NCBI GenBank assembly: GCA_032128875.1
Contig: JAVLKG010000005.1
Location: 352,001 to 416,000 of the forward strand
Length of the DNA stretch: 64,000 bases
Reading direction: 5' to 3'
Origin: Candidatus Melainabacteria bacterium 17Bon1m
GTDB lineage: Bacteria > Cyanobacteriota > Vampirovibrionia > Obscuribacterales > Obscuribacteraceae
Shown here: one piece after another, positions 39,153-48,480 of the stretch
How positions within the stretch are numbered: the stretch's first letter is position 1
Layout of the letters: the number at the start of each line of letters is the position of its first letter
Made by a program: the position numbers and the translations under genes
The notes under the pieces: generated by a model
Databases searched by the model: none
What the model saw: only the letters and a program-made list of their open reading frames with translations
What the model was told of the DNA's origin: nothing

Positions 39153-39469
39153 GGTTAGTATAGCCCAGAGACGGTGAAAGTCCTGGGAAAGAGGCAGCCC
39201 GAACGCGCCCGTACAGCGAAGCTTGTTATCGAATTGACGTAAAAGACGGTGAAAAACCTCAAAGCTGGGCTGTTACACAGTAAGCCGAACGGGAAGATCG
39301 CCTATAGATGGCTGCTTCCCGCCTGCGGACGGCTAATGCGCTTGCGCCAGCGCACTTATAATTTGCTAACATTGGGCCGGTCGGCGCATGGCTAACTATT
39401 TAAAGGGTGTCCGAGATTGACTGAAATCCGTATATACATCCTTTTGGAGTCGCCGGGCAGACGGGGGAT

Positions 39470-40216
39470 ATGAAGGACAGCGAAAGTAGGGCTTTTTTAA
39501 GAGGGGAGATGGATTTCACTCCCCAGCGTATGATGCGGTACATCCGTTCACGCGCTCGCCTTGCCACGGATGAAGATATCGAGGACATTCTCCAAAATGC
39601 CCTCGTATTGGTCTGTCAGCACTTCGACCCCACCCACCCGGACGCGAACCTATCCTTATATTGTCTGGGAGCCTGCAACAAGGCAATTGCTCAGAATCTC
39701 GAGCGCTATCACAAGGTTCAGCTGAAAAAACGCGACCCAAACGCAAAAGACAAGCCGCGCGTCGCGCCTGTCGGTGTTTCCAGCTCCGAGACCGAAATGG
39801 ATGGACAGGCAATGAAGGTGACTGGGCTTGCCCCTGGCAAGTCTTTTGACGATACGCCGGGAAATTCGACCCAATGGCGGACCACATCCTTAGATAGTAT
39901 GTTCGACGAAGACGACGGCAGAAATCCCGAAGACGTATTGGGCTGGGAGCTTTCTGTGCTCGCCGGTGATTCTGAGACATCTGACCCGGCGATTAAGGCC
40001 TTAATTAATGATCTGATCGAACAGATTTTGGCCGAGTTGCCCACCCAATTGCACCGTACCTGCTTCCTTTTGAAGTATGTGGAAGGTCATAAAAGAGAAG
40101 ATTTGATTTCATGTCTAAAAATGGACCCCAAGAGTATAGATACGGTCGACAAGAAGATCGTCCGAACGCTGAAAGCATTCAAAGAAAAACTCGACAGGGA
40201 CGAGGCACGAATTTAG
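39470..40216 (+). CDS. Divergent sigma-70 family (ECF-like) sigma factor
   Basis: Region 2-like EDIEDILQNAL...FDP, SLD motif, region 4-like LAELP...RTCFLLKYVEG. Confidence 0.65.
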   Translation: MKDSESRAFLRGEMDFTPQRMMRYIRSRARLATDEDIEDILQNALVLVCQHFDPTHPDANLSLYCLGACNKAIAQNLERYHKVQLKKRDPNAKDKPRVAPVGVSSSETEMDGQAMKVTGLAPGKSFDDTPGNSTQWRTTSLDSMFDEDDGRNPEDVLGWELSVLAGDSETSDPAIKALINDLIEQILAELPTQLHRTCFLLKYVEGHKREDLISCLKMDPKSIDTVDKKIVRTLKAFKEKLDRDEARI

Positions 40217-40219
40217 GAG

Positions 40220-40918
40220 ATGACCATGAACACCCTTCAAGAAAAACTGGCAAAGATTCTCTCTATAAAGGATGAGCGTGCGTGCGCTGATACTTTCGAA
40301 TCGTTCTGCCAGGAGCATGCAGATGTTCTGCCGATGCCCGGCGAAAACAGCATGTTCGACAAAGCCATGTGGGCTGCCTCTAAGCACACAACTTTGTCCA
40401 AGAAGGACGAAGCGATTCTCAAGCGTGTCACCGGAAGAATGATTCAAGAGTCTGTTGTTAAGCCGGTCGTGGCTAAGGCAGAGTCTGCAGTGCTCATGCT
40501 CAAGGACCTTGTCGGCAGTACGAAAGAAAGTGCAATTGGTGCATGGCAAGATATGCTCGACGCTATGCAATGGCAGCAAATGGTCCCGGCTGGCGCGCTG
40601 CGGGGGGTGGGAACCCAATTGGTTTCTCTGGGTACTTTCCAAAAACAGATTGATGATGCGACTGTGCAAGTCAATCTCGGATGGTTGGTAGACAAAGACC
40701 AGTTGCGCGTTCTCTTGCAAGCAAAAGATAAAGAAGAAAATGCCCTTGCCGATGTTGAAGTTAGAGTTACAGAGATGGAACGTGGCGTCGTTTTCTCTCG
40801 CAAAACCAACGAAGACGGCTCTGTTGTTGCACCAAGCGTGCAATGCGGACCTGGTCAGTATCAGATCCAAGTGATCTGGCTCGATAAGGTCGTTGAGACT
40901 CCGTTCTTTAGAATTTAG
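40220..40918 (+). CDS. Soluble hypothetical protein, candidate anti-sigma/partner
   Basis: AGGAG RBS overlapping the sigma stop codon; helical N-half, W...ALRG motif, beta-rich C-half. Confidence 0.7.
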   Translation: MTMNTLQEKLAKILSIKDERACADTFESFCQEHADVLPMPGENSMFDKAMWAASKHTTLSKKDEAILKRVTGRMIQESVVKPVVAKAESAVLMLKDLVGSTKESAIGAWQDMLDAMQWQQMVPAGALRGVGTQLVSLGTFQKQIDDATVQVNLGWLVDKDQLRVLLQAKDKEENALADVEVRVTEMERGVVFSRKTNEDGSVVAPSVQCGPGQYQIQVIWLDKVVETPFFRI

Positions 40919-40979
40919 AAGTCAAATCTAAATCTAGATTCTCAGTCACATCTACCTCGGCAGCAGATGAGACTAGATA

Positions 40980-41015
40980 CAAAGTCCCCGGATAACACCG
41001 GGGACTTTGCTTTTT
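40980..41015 (+). terminator. Intrinsic terminator of the sigma/partner operon
   Basis: CAAAGTCCCCGG-ATAACA-CCGGGGACTTTG followed by a T tract. Confidence 0.85.
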
Positions 41016-41129
41016 GTAGCTTCCTTACCATAGTGTAAGCATAAGACACGTATAATCGACCATTTTTGCATTGGTGGTATCCTTGGCCGCCAAAAAGCGC
41101 TTGGTGGCCTAATACGAAGTAACTGGTTA

Positions 41130-42710
41130 GTGTTGCAATTGGATGCAAGGGATACACTCGAAAAAGACTCTTTACCTGCGGCAAGGGGGCGCAGGGGGCT
41201 AACCGGTCTTAATAGATTCGCAACTGCGATCGCATGCACCGTATTCATCGCCATAAGCGTCGCTGTCCTCGTCGACAGAATTTTGGTTCCATATCTGGAA
41301 GATCAAAACATCCTGGTGTCCAGAAGCTGGAAAGAAGATACTTGGAAAATTGGGCAGATGTCTGATCAGCGCTGGCAGTTCCCAGACGGTTGCAGAGTCC
41401 TCCAATCTGCAGGTATACCGACGACCGAGAAAAAGCCAAAGTCGAAAAGAATTCTAGTAGCAGGTGATTCGTTTTGCGCGGGATATGCACTGGCAAATAT
41501 CAATGATGCCTGGTGGCGTGCTCTGCATCGGGAACTCATAAGACGAGGTTACAACGATGTCGATGTCATAGCGCTTTGCGGATTTTATGGTTCGACTGCT
41601 TCAACATTGGAAAAGCTGGAGAGATGGGGGAAGCAATACAGTCCCGATCTGATTCTTTTCGGTTACGTTTGCGACGATCCAGAAGAATTTGAAGGGAAGC
41701 GCTACATCGTCCCCTACTTAAGAAAATTCGAGCCCGATGCGCGAACCAAATTGGTAAGACGAATTCTTCGCTCGCTACTTCCGAATAGTGCCGAAGTATA
41801 TATTGGCTGGCAGGAGAAACAAGAAAACTCAAGATCGTCTGGACCAGAGCGAGGGTTTGAATGCAACAAGCGTGAATTAGAACTGCTAAAAGGCAAAAAT
41901 ATCAATCAATATCAAAAGACGTTGCAACACATGAGCGATTTGATGAAACGTTGGAATTTGCCTTGTTATGTGATTACGCTTCCTTGTGTGGCTGGTTTTC
42001 ATCCCGAGTTAGACGTAAGCATCGGCCATCGCGAGTTTGTGCCATACGTGCACAATTACTATAAAGAGCGTTATGACACAATTGCGCCCTACTTCCAAAA
42101 GGCCAGGCTTGAATTTGTAAATCTGCTTGAACCTTACATTGCGATGCTTTGGGCTGAGCCTAAGTTGAAGAACGGGAGTAATTCTGCCCTTTTGAGCGCA
42201 ACGCCGGCGGATGGTCATCCAGGTGGTTTGGTCACGCACTTTTACGCCTCCCAAGTCGTCGACTTGTTAGAGCGAAAATGCCCGTCGGTACTGGGGAGAA
42301 AGTCGGAGGTCGTAGAAAAATACCCTATAAATATCAATGATTGGATGCCTCCCAGTACCAACGTTTATAAAGTGTCAGACTCAAGCTACATCTTCATGGT
42401 GCCATCCTTCGCCGTAAATCAACTCTATATGCCAGTCCGGCAACCGCATGTTCAAATCAATTTTGAAATGCCTGCTGATCTCACAAAAATTCGACTGAGC
42501 GGACCTGGGCTCAAGAAAAGCACGATCTGGCTGAGTTCTGTCGATCCCAAAGACGGCTATGACAGCAGAGTTCTTCACCCTCTGGGTACATTGAAAGGTC
42601 ATGACGTAACCTGGCAGCTTCCGAACGAAGCGTGGGCTCGGAGCGTCAATACAATAAAGGTTTCGGCAGAAGTGAAAGGTCCGGATCGTCGCGTTGCCAT
42701 CTCATTTTAG
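41130..42710 (+). CDS. Membrane-anchored SGNH/GDSL hydrolase-family protein
   Basis: One N-terminal TM helix, ILVAGDSF block I, DGHP block V. Confidence 0.75.
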   Translation: MLQLDARDTLEKDSLPAARGRRGLTGLNRFATAIACTVFIAISVAVLVDRILVPYLEDQNILVSRSWKEDTWKIGQMSDQRWQFPDGCRVLQSAGIPTTEKKPKSKRILVAGDSFCAGYALANINDAWWRALHRELIRRGYNDVDVIALCGFYGSTASTLEKLERWGKQYSPDLILFGYVCDDPEEFEGKRYIVPYLRKFEPDARTKLVRRILRSLLPNSAEVYIGWQEKQENSRSSGPERGFECNKRELELLKGKNINQYQKTLQHMSDLMKRWNLPCYVITLPCVAGFHPELDVSIGHREFVPYVHNYYKERYDTIAPYFQKARLEFVNLLEPYIAMLWAEPKLKNGSNSALLSATPADGHPGGLVTHFYASQVVDLLERKCPSVLGRKSEVVEKYPININDWMPPSTNVYKVSDSSYIFMVPSFAVNQLYMPVRQPHVQINFEMPADLTKIRLSGPGLKKSTIWLSSVDPKDGYDSRVLHPLGTLKGHDVTWQLPNEAWARSVNTIKVSAEVKGPDRRVAISF

Positions 42711-42867
42711 GGACTGATTACGAGCCGGCTGGACCATTTGTTGTCACATCGAAACATATTTGCCGCCTGTCAGTGACGGGCCGGCTGCTTTCGGGAATGA
42801 GTAGAATGAGAATGACTGAGTCTCACGGAGTCTGGATCCTGGTTGTTACGGTAACTCTGGAGGCCGA

Positions 42868-44130
42868 TTGGACAGGAATGTCGCTGAACGCCCCATTGGT
42901 GACTGGCTGGTCGAATGGGGATTGATTTCCGAGAAGCAACTGCAAGTTGCCCTCAATGACTCGCGTGCGCACATGTTGCCTGTTGGAATGTGCCTGGTTT
43001 TGCGCGAGCAGGTCGATTCCGAGCTGATTCAGTCGGGCGTTATTGCTCAGTCGTATTTGCGAGATGGCGCGATTTCGGCTCAAGACGCCACTAATGCCAT
43101 GGCTCTTGCTAAAAGAAAACACGTCTCAATCGGGGTCGCTTTCAACCTGCTGGCCATTCAGCCCGAGCCTATTCCTCGCAACCGGCTTGGTGATTTGCTT
43201 ACTGCCTCCGGCGCCATATCCAGCGGTGAGCTGAAGGTTGTGCTCAACCTGGCAAAAGCGACCGGCTTGCCCTTGGGGCGCATTCTTCTCAATCATGGCA
43301 GTATCACCGAAGACTTGATTCAGCTTGCTCTTGGACTGCAGCGGAATATTCGCATCGGCGAAATTGACAGAAATGGCGCTTTTGAAAAACTCAGCCGGTA
43401 TGTCGAAGACGGCGCTAGAAATTCTATTTTGGCAGGTATTGGTTTGCATGCCGAAACCTTGACCGGCTGTCTGCTTGTGAAGTCCGGAGTGATCTCGGAA
43501 GGCAACATCAAAGACGCTCTTAGATCCGGCACGAAAGAGGGAGCCAGGCTTGGAGAGGTTCTTGTCGGCAAAGGCATGGTCAAGCAGGACATGATCGAAT
43601 CGACTTTGGAAGTGCAAAAACTGATTCGTGCTCACAAATTCACGGTCCCTCAAGGGCTGAGTGTGTTGCGCAATGTCCATGCCGCTCAGCGCCGTGAAGA
43701 GATAAAGTCTGAATTCGGAAATCATGGACAGCGCAATAAGGCGTTGGTGATGTCCTTTTACAGATATTTGAAATTGACCCGCGCCCTTCCCGATGTAATT
43801 TTGCGCGGAGGCGTCAATCATGAACCAGCTACACAAGAAGCGGTTCAAAGCGAGATGGAAATGACCTGGCAGGAGCTTAGAGCCGTTTCGCCGCTGGCAG
43901 AGCCTGTTGTTCCTTCTCTTCCTGAAGATGTTCGCTCGCTTTTACAGCGCTGCGGATTTATCACGGATGAGCAGCTGGTAGTGGCACAGCGTGCCGCTTA
44001 TACGTATAAGCTAGTTCTTGATCAGGTTCTTTCAATCGAACAATCTTTGATTGAGTTTCACCGACTGAAGATGGAAGAAGTGCAGCCAAAAGACTGGACG
44101 GGCACATTCCCGAATCTATCGGCAATATAG
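42868..44130 (+). CDS. Protein with multiple MshEN/T2SSE_N-like repeats and no ATPase domain
   Basis: RPIGDWLVEWGLIS, RLGDLLTASGAIS, PLGRILLNHGSIT, RLGEVLVGKGMV motifs; no Walker A. Confidence 0.75.
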   Translation: MDRNVAERPIGDWLVEWGLISEKQLQVALNDSRAHMLPVGMCLVLREQVDSELIQSGVIAQSYLRDGAISAQDATNAMALAKRKHVSIGVAFNLLAIQPEPIPRNRLGDLLTASGAISSGELKVVLNLAKATGLPLGRILLNHGSITEDLIQLALGLQRNIRIGEIDRNGAFEKLSRYVEDGARNSILAGIGLHAETLTGCLLVKSGVISEGNIKDALRSGTKEGARLGEVLVGKGMVKQDMIESTLEVQKLIRAHKFTVPQGLSVLRNVHAAQRREEIKSEFGNHGQRNKALVMSFYRYLKLTRALPDVILRGGVNHEPATQEAVQSEMEMTWQELRAVSPLAEPVVPSLPEDVRSLLQRCGFITDEQLVVAQRAAYTYKLVLDQVLSIEQSLIEFHRLKMEEVQPKDWTGTFPNLSAI

Positions 44131-44192
44131 CGTGCATTAAGAAAGGGCGATGCTGTTGCACGCCCCTCTCGATTTCTGTATTGCCGAGCGCC

Positions 44193-45926
44193 TTAAGCGT
44201 GACGTCTGTGTTGCCAGCCGTTCAGGTGCGCGTGGCGCATGCAGCTTGCATCTTTCGAATGCATTCTTAGCAGTTCCAGTCCGGTGATTTCCACTTCCAA
44301 TTTGCCGGTTCTATGGCATTCGGATTGGAAAGCCAGGATATTGGAAGCGCTTGTGTGATCGACAAGACCCACAGATGGAGCGAAGATGAGCTTCAGTTGA
44401 GTGCAGTTGGCTGGAATCTTTTCGAGTTCTTTCTGAACATGCAAAGCGTTGAAGCAAACTACTGGTCCATTGAAGCGAATCTTGTGCACGCCGTCTTGAG
44501 TATCGTGCATGGTGACCGGATTACGGAAGAGTTTCACAAACTCCACCCAAAGCGTTTTTGCAGTCACTGGTCCGTGTCCATGGTGTCTTTCCAGTGTGCT
44601 TGATAAAGAGTAGACCCATGCAATAACCAGTTTTGCAGCCATGCCGTAGATCAAGCCCCAGAGCAAGTCGGTGTAGAGCGTGACGGCAATAGTTGAAGCG
44701 AATAAGAACAATTGTTCTTTGCCCACTGCCGCTGCGTAGAACCATTTCTTAGGTTCGCAGAGTTTGTAACCAATGTGGATGAGAACAGCTGCCAGTGCCG
44801 CAAGCGGGATCATATTGATGCATTCGCGTGCAACCAAAAGATAGCAACTCAGGAAGCATGCATTGTAGAAGTTCGCCCACAATGTTTTTCCTCCGGACAA
44901 GATGTTGGTTGTGCTCTTGATTCCTCCCGGAATGATTGTCAGACCGCCTGCCAGACTGGAGCAGATGTTGGACATGCCCATTGCAAAAAGAGTGCGGTCG
45001 GGATTGGACTTTCTGTGAAAGGGGTCAATTCTGTCGACAGCCATGATGGTAGCCAGCGATTCAAAACCATCGATCAAAGTAAGAGTAAGAACGCAGCCTG
45101 CGATCGTCCACCACATGCTGGGATCACTGAAGAGCCCGACGAAATTTGGCATTACGATTCCGTGCTTGAGCGGGTCAGCAGGAATATTGATCAAGAATTT
45201 GGGATCGATATTCATGACCTGACCGAGTACAGCACCAACAACGACAGCAATCAACTGAGGTGGCACCATGCGCAGTTTTGTCTTGGCCAAAAGTTTTGGA
45301 AAGGAAAATAGAATGAGCAGGCAGACGACGCCGATAAATAGAACTGATGCGTTCGATTGCATTAGATTGGAAGGTGCTTCAGCCATGAGCCCGAAGAACT
45401 CGTGTGCATGACCCTTGTGACCGACCAGCGCCGGGATTTGTTTGGCGATGATCATCAAGCCTATTGATGCAAGCATTGCTTCCACCGCGATTACAGGAAA
45501 CATCGCGCTGAATCTTGCCGCTTTCATTTGGCTAAGAATGAGCTGAACAATTCCTGCCATCGTTATTACGCCTAAGACAAGCGTATAACCGTATTCCATG
45601 TTGCCTTTGCCGAGCACCATTATGCAAGCCATAACGGCGGGAGCCAGACCGGCGGCCGGTCCGCTTATCGTGCAGTAGGCGCCGCCCAGGAGGGGAAACA
45701 CTAGACCAGCAATAATTGCAGAAATTAGTCCACACACAGGCGGCGCGCCCGAGGCGATAGCAATGCCTAACGAAAGAGGCACCGACACGAGGGATACGAT
45801 TAATCCCGCGACAAGATCGTGCCTCCAGTGTTTCAGACCCTTAATACCGTTTTCCGGTTTTTCCGTAGACGATGCGGCCTTGGGTGTGACCCTGGTGACT
45901 GTGAGTTCCATATTTATTGATTCCAA
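44193..45926 (-). CDS. SulP/SLC26 anion (possibly bicarbonate) transporter with STAS-like tail
   Basis: DLVAGLIVSLVSVPLSLGIAIASGAPP, ISGPAAGL, ESLAT, IPLAALAAVL. Start may be ATG 45911. Confidence 0.92.
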   Translation of the reverse strand: MESINMELTVTRVTPKAASSTEKPENGIKGLKHWRHDLVAGLIVSLVSVPLSLGIAIASGAPPVCGLISAIIAGLVFPLLGGAYCTISGPAAGLAPAVMACIMVLGKGNMEYGYTLVLGVITMAGIVQLILSQMKAARFSAMFPVIAVEAMLASIGLMIIAKQIPALVGHKGHAHEFFGLMAEAPSNLMQSNASVLFIGVVCLLILFSFPKLLAKTKLRMVPPQLIAVVVGAVLGQVMNIDPKFLINIPADPLKHGIVMPNFVGLFSDPSMWWTIAGCVLTLTLIDGFESLATIMAVDRIDPFHRKSNPDRTLFAMGMSNICSSLAGGLTIIPGGIKSTTNILSGGKTLWANFYNACFLSCYLLVARECINMIPLAALAAVLIHIGYKLCEPKKWFYAAAVGKEQLFLFASTIAVTLYTDLLWGLIYGMAAKLVIAWVYSLSSTLERHHGHGPVTAKTLWVEFVKLFRNPVTMHDTQDGVHKIRFNGPVVCFNALHVQKELEKIPANCTQLKLIFAPSVGLVDHTSASNILAFQSECHRTGKLEVEITGLELLRMHSKDASCMRHAHLNGWQHRRHA

Positions 45927-46046
45927 CGCAAATTGAGGGAAGCCATCTTGGTAGGATGGCTCTGCACTTCGGTATTCAGTTCAGGAGGAGCAAGCCACGT
46001 ACCTGGCTTGTTTCATGGATAATCTAACAACAGTATGTTGTTAACT

Positions 46047-46073
46047 TGTGATCGCCATGTGACGGTTTTGTGA
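46047..46073 (-). promoter_or_regulatory. Three TCACA direct repeats at 11-bp period upstream of SulP (OmpR/PhoB-type operator candidate)
   Basis: TGTGA on the + strand at 46047, 46058 and 46069. Confidence 0.6.
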
Positions 46074-46118
46074 TCAAAACAAAATTCTGTCGTGGAATTC
46101 CCACTGAGGTCTTCCTGT

Positions 46119-47357
46119 TTAAGCCAGCGGGATGGTGACTTTGAACGTGCTGCCGCGCCCGACTTCGCTGGTTACGCTGATATTTCCCTTGTGCGATTCC
46201 ACGACTGCTTTCACGATAGAAAGTCCGAGACCCGCTCCGCCGGCGGCTCTTGCGCGAGCTTTGTCGACGCGGTAGAAACGATCGAAGACGTGATCTATGC
46301 TTTCGGGGGGAATTCCAATGCCTGTATCGCTTACTTTTATCGCGAGATTTCGACCTTCGGCTTCTGACCAAATAATAATGGTTCCGCCCGCATCAGTGTA
46401 ACGAAGCGCGTTACTTGCAAGGTTTGTCACCATTCTTCTAAGGAATTCCAGATTGCCCATTACCTCTAAATCCGTGACGGCGCCCAGCTTAAACTGAATA
46501 TCGCGCGTTTTTGCCAGGGTTGAGAAATCTTCGCAGACATCTTCGAGCAGCTTTCTCACGCTGACCGGTGCCATCACATAGTGCGAAATGGGATTTTCTA
46601 CACGGGCAAGAAAGATCAAATCGGAAGCCAATTCGCTCATTCTGGCGCTGGCTTTGGCGATGATATCGGTAAGGTCCTCTTTGACATTGTTCTCCCGTAA
46701 AATCTCCGTTAGAGCCTCCAGGCTGGCTTCTATGATGGCTATGGGGGTATTCAGTTCGTGCCCGGCATCGGCAACAAAGCGTCGCGTCAATTGCATAGCT
46801 TGTTCGGCGGGCTTCAATGCTAATCCTGAAAATAGATACCCGGCAATGGCGACGAGTGCGCCGAGAAACGGCATAGCCACAATAGCTGCGTAAATCGCCA
46901 GCTCGCTAGCTTGGTCGTTCTGTTTGGTAGAAACCTGCACTTGCAAATAGCCGCACAATTTTCCAGCGGAATTGATCCTTTCATTTAGCGACCTGACGGT
47001 TATTCTGCCCGATTGATCACGCTCTTCCAGTCTGCCTTTAGCCAGCTTTTCGATTCCATCGCTGCCATATTTTTCGAGCAAATTCTTGTCTTTGTCAAAG
47101 ACTTGAATACTCGCTGTCACCATGGAGTGGGCTTCGTCAGCGCGTTCTGCCCAGTCTTTCAAAGTAGGGCGACCGTTCTCAACTTTTATTGACGGACGAA
47201 TTTCTGAAACAAGATCGGCAAGAAGTGCTTCATTCGATCGAACCAGACTTGCTGAAAACAGAACATAAAACGCGGTCGCACCGACCGTGTGCAGAACCAG
47301 AACCAGACACATAAAGTAAAGCGCGAGCTTTACCCGCATCTGATTAAGCATCTTCAA
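46119..47357 (-). CDS. Membrane sensor histidine kinase
   Basis: Two TM helices, DAGHELNTPI, FDRFYRVDKAR, GAGLGLSI. Confidence 0.93.
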   Translation of the reverse strand: MKMLNQMRVKLALYFMCLVLVLHTVGATAFYVLFSASLVRSNEALLADLVSEIRPSIKVENGRPTLKDWAERADEAHSMVTASIQVFDKDKNLLEKYGSDGIEKLAKGRLEERDQSGRITVRSLNERINSAGKLCGYLQVQVSTKQNDQASELAIYAAIVAMPFLGALVAIAGYLFSGLALKPAEQAMQLTRRFVADAGHELNTPIAIIEASLEALTEILRENNVKEDLTDIIAKASARMSELASDLIFLARVENPISHYVMAPVSVRKLLEDVCEDFSTLAKTRDIQFKLGAVTDLEVMGNLEFLRRMVTNLASNALRYTDAGGTIIIWSEAEGRNLAIKVSDTGIGIPPESIDHVFDRFYRVDKARARAAGGAGLGLSIVKAVVESHKGNISVTSEVGRGSTFKVTIPLA

Positions 47358-48024
47358 TTCCTAATTTGTAACCGACGCCGTGCACGGTAACAATGATGGA
47401 CGGACCTTCGTCATTGTCGAGCTTCTTGCGCAGTCTTGTGACGTGCCCGCGGACAGTGTCGTGATGGGCATTCGAATCCATTTCCCACACGCTGTCCAGA
47501 ATTTCGTCTGCACTGAAAACTCGTTGAGGATGGCGCAGCAGAAATTCAAGGAGGCGAAACTCTTTCGGCAGCAAATGCACTTCTTTGCCGTCTTTTAGCA
47601 CCCTGTGATTCTCGATGTCCAACTCGATATTGCGAAGCGACAGCTTCGTGTGATGCTCGGATGAAGAACGCCTGAGCAGCGCCTTGACACGCATTGCCAG
47701 CTCTTTGAGCTGGAACGGTTTTGTCAAATAATCATCAGCGCCTGATTCGAATCCTTCCGCCTTGTCATCTAATGATTGCTTGGCTGTAAGCATGATTATG
47801 GCTGCATTGCCGCCGCTTTGTCTGTAGCGTCTGCATACTTCTATGCCCTGCATTTCCGGGAGCATCCAGTCTAAAACAACTACGTCAAAACTTGTGCCGG
47901 TCATTTGCAAGAGCGCAGATTTGCCGTCGTAGACTTGTTCTACAAGATGATGGTCGCGCTTGAGCCAATCGGCTATAAGCCTGGAAAGATCCTTTTCGTC
48001 TTCAACAACCAGTATGCGAGCCAT
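47344..48024 (-). CDS. OmpR-family response regulator
   Basis: VEDE, DWMLP, GADDYLTKPF, TVHGVGY. Overlaps the kinase start. Confidence 0.95.
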   Translation of the reverse strand: MARILVVEDEKDLSRLIADWLKRDHHLVEQVYDGKSALLQMTGTSFDVVVLDWMLPEMQGIEVCRRYRQSGGNAAIIMLTAKQSLDDKAEGFESGADDYLTKPFQLKELAMRVKALLRRSSSEHHTKLSLRNIELDIENHRVLKDGKEVHLLPKEFRLLEFLLRHPQRVFSADEILDSVWEMDSNAHHDTVRGHVTRLRKKLDNDEGPSIIVTVHGVGYKLGIEDA

Positions 48025-48052
48025 TCAGCAGCTTATTTCTATAGAACCGATA

Positions 48053-48382
48053 CTATTCTGGCGAGATCTTGAGCGCGTCTGCGCCACGTTTTCCTGAGGC
48101 TATGTCGACTACTTGATCGATATTGGTTACGAAAAGCAGTCCATCGCCGTCCTGGTGCGTGCCGACAGCGTGGAGAATGATATTGATCAATTCCTCTACG
48201 TGCTCTTCTCTGATGACGATTTCGACTTTCGAGCGTGGCACCAAATACTGTGGATTGGACATGTCGGGCTTTGCGGAGCCTTGTGACTCGGTTACGGTAT
48301 AACCACTGATAGGCGCCTTGAAAAGCGCGCGTGCCAATCTGTCGATCATAAACGGCTGGATAATCGCCGTCACGAGCTTCAT
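48053..48382 (-). CDS. P-II family signal transduction protein (non-canonical T-loop)
   Basis: MKLVTAIIQPF...KVEIVI...GTHQDGDGLLFV...IASGKRG. ATG at 48382 after an AGGAG RBS. Confidence 0.85.
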   Translation of the reverse strand: MKLVTAIIQPFMIDRLARALFKAPISGYTVTESQGSAKPDMSNPQYLVPRSKVEIVIREEHVEELINIILHAVGTHQDGDGLLFVTNIDQVVDIASGKRGADALKISPE

Positions 48383-48480
48383 CGCGGGCTCCTTTTCTTT
48401 GTCGCCGTATTTCGTATTTTGAGATGCCGGCTGCAGCCCTGTGTAAGAGCGCGATGCCACTGATGCGTTAAAACCTGAGC

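Noticed and set aside
39165-39190. GAAAGTCC motif as in RNase P RNA
   Set aside because: There is no GAGGAAAGTCC context and no 3' ACAGAA...GCTTA motif.
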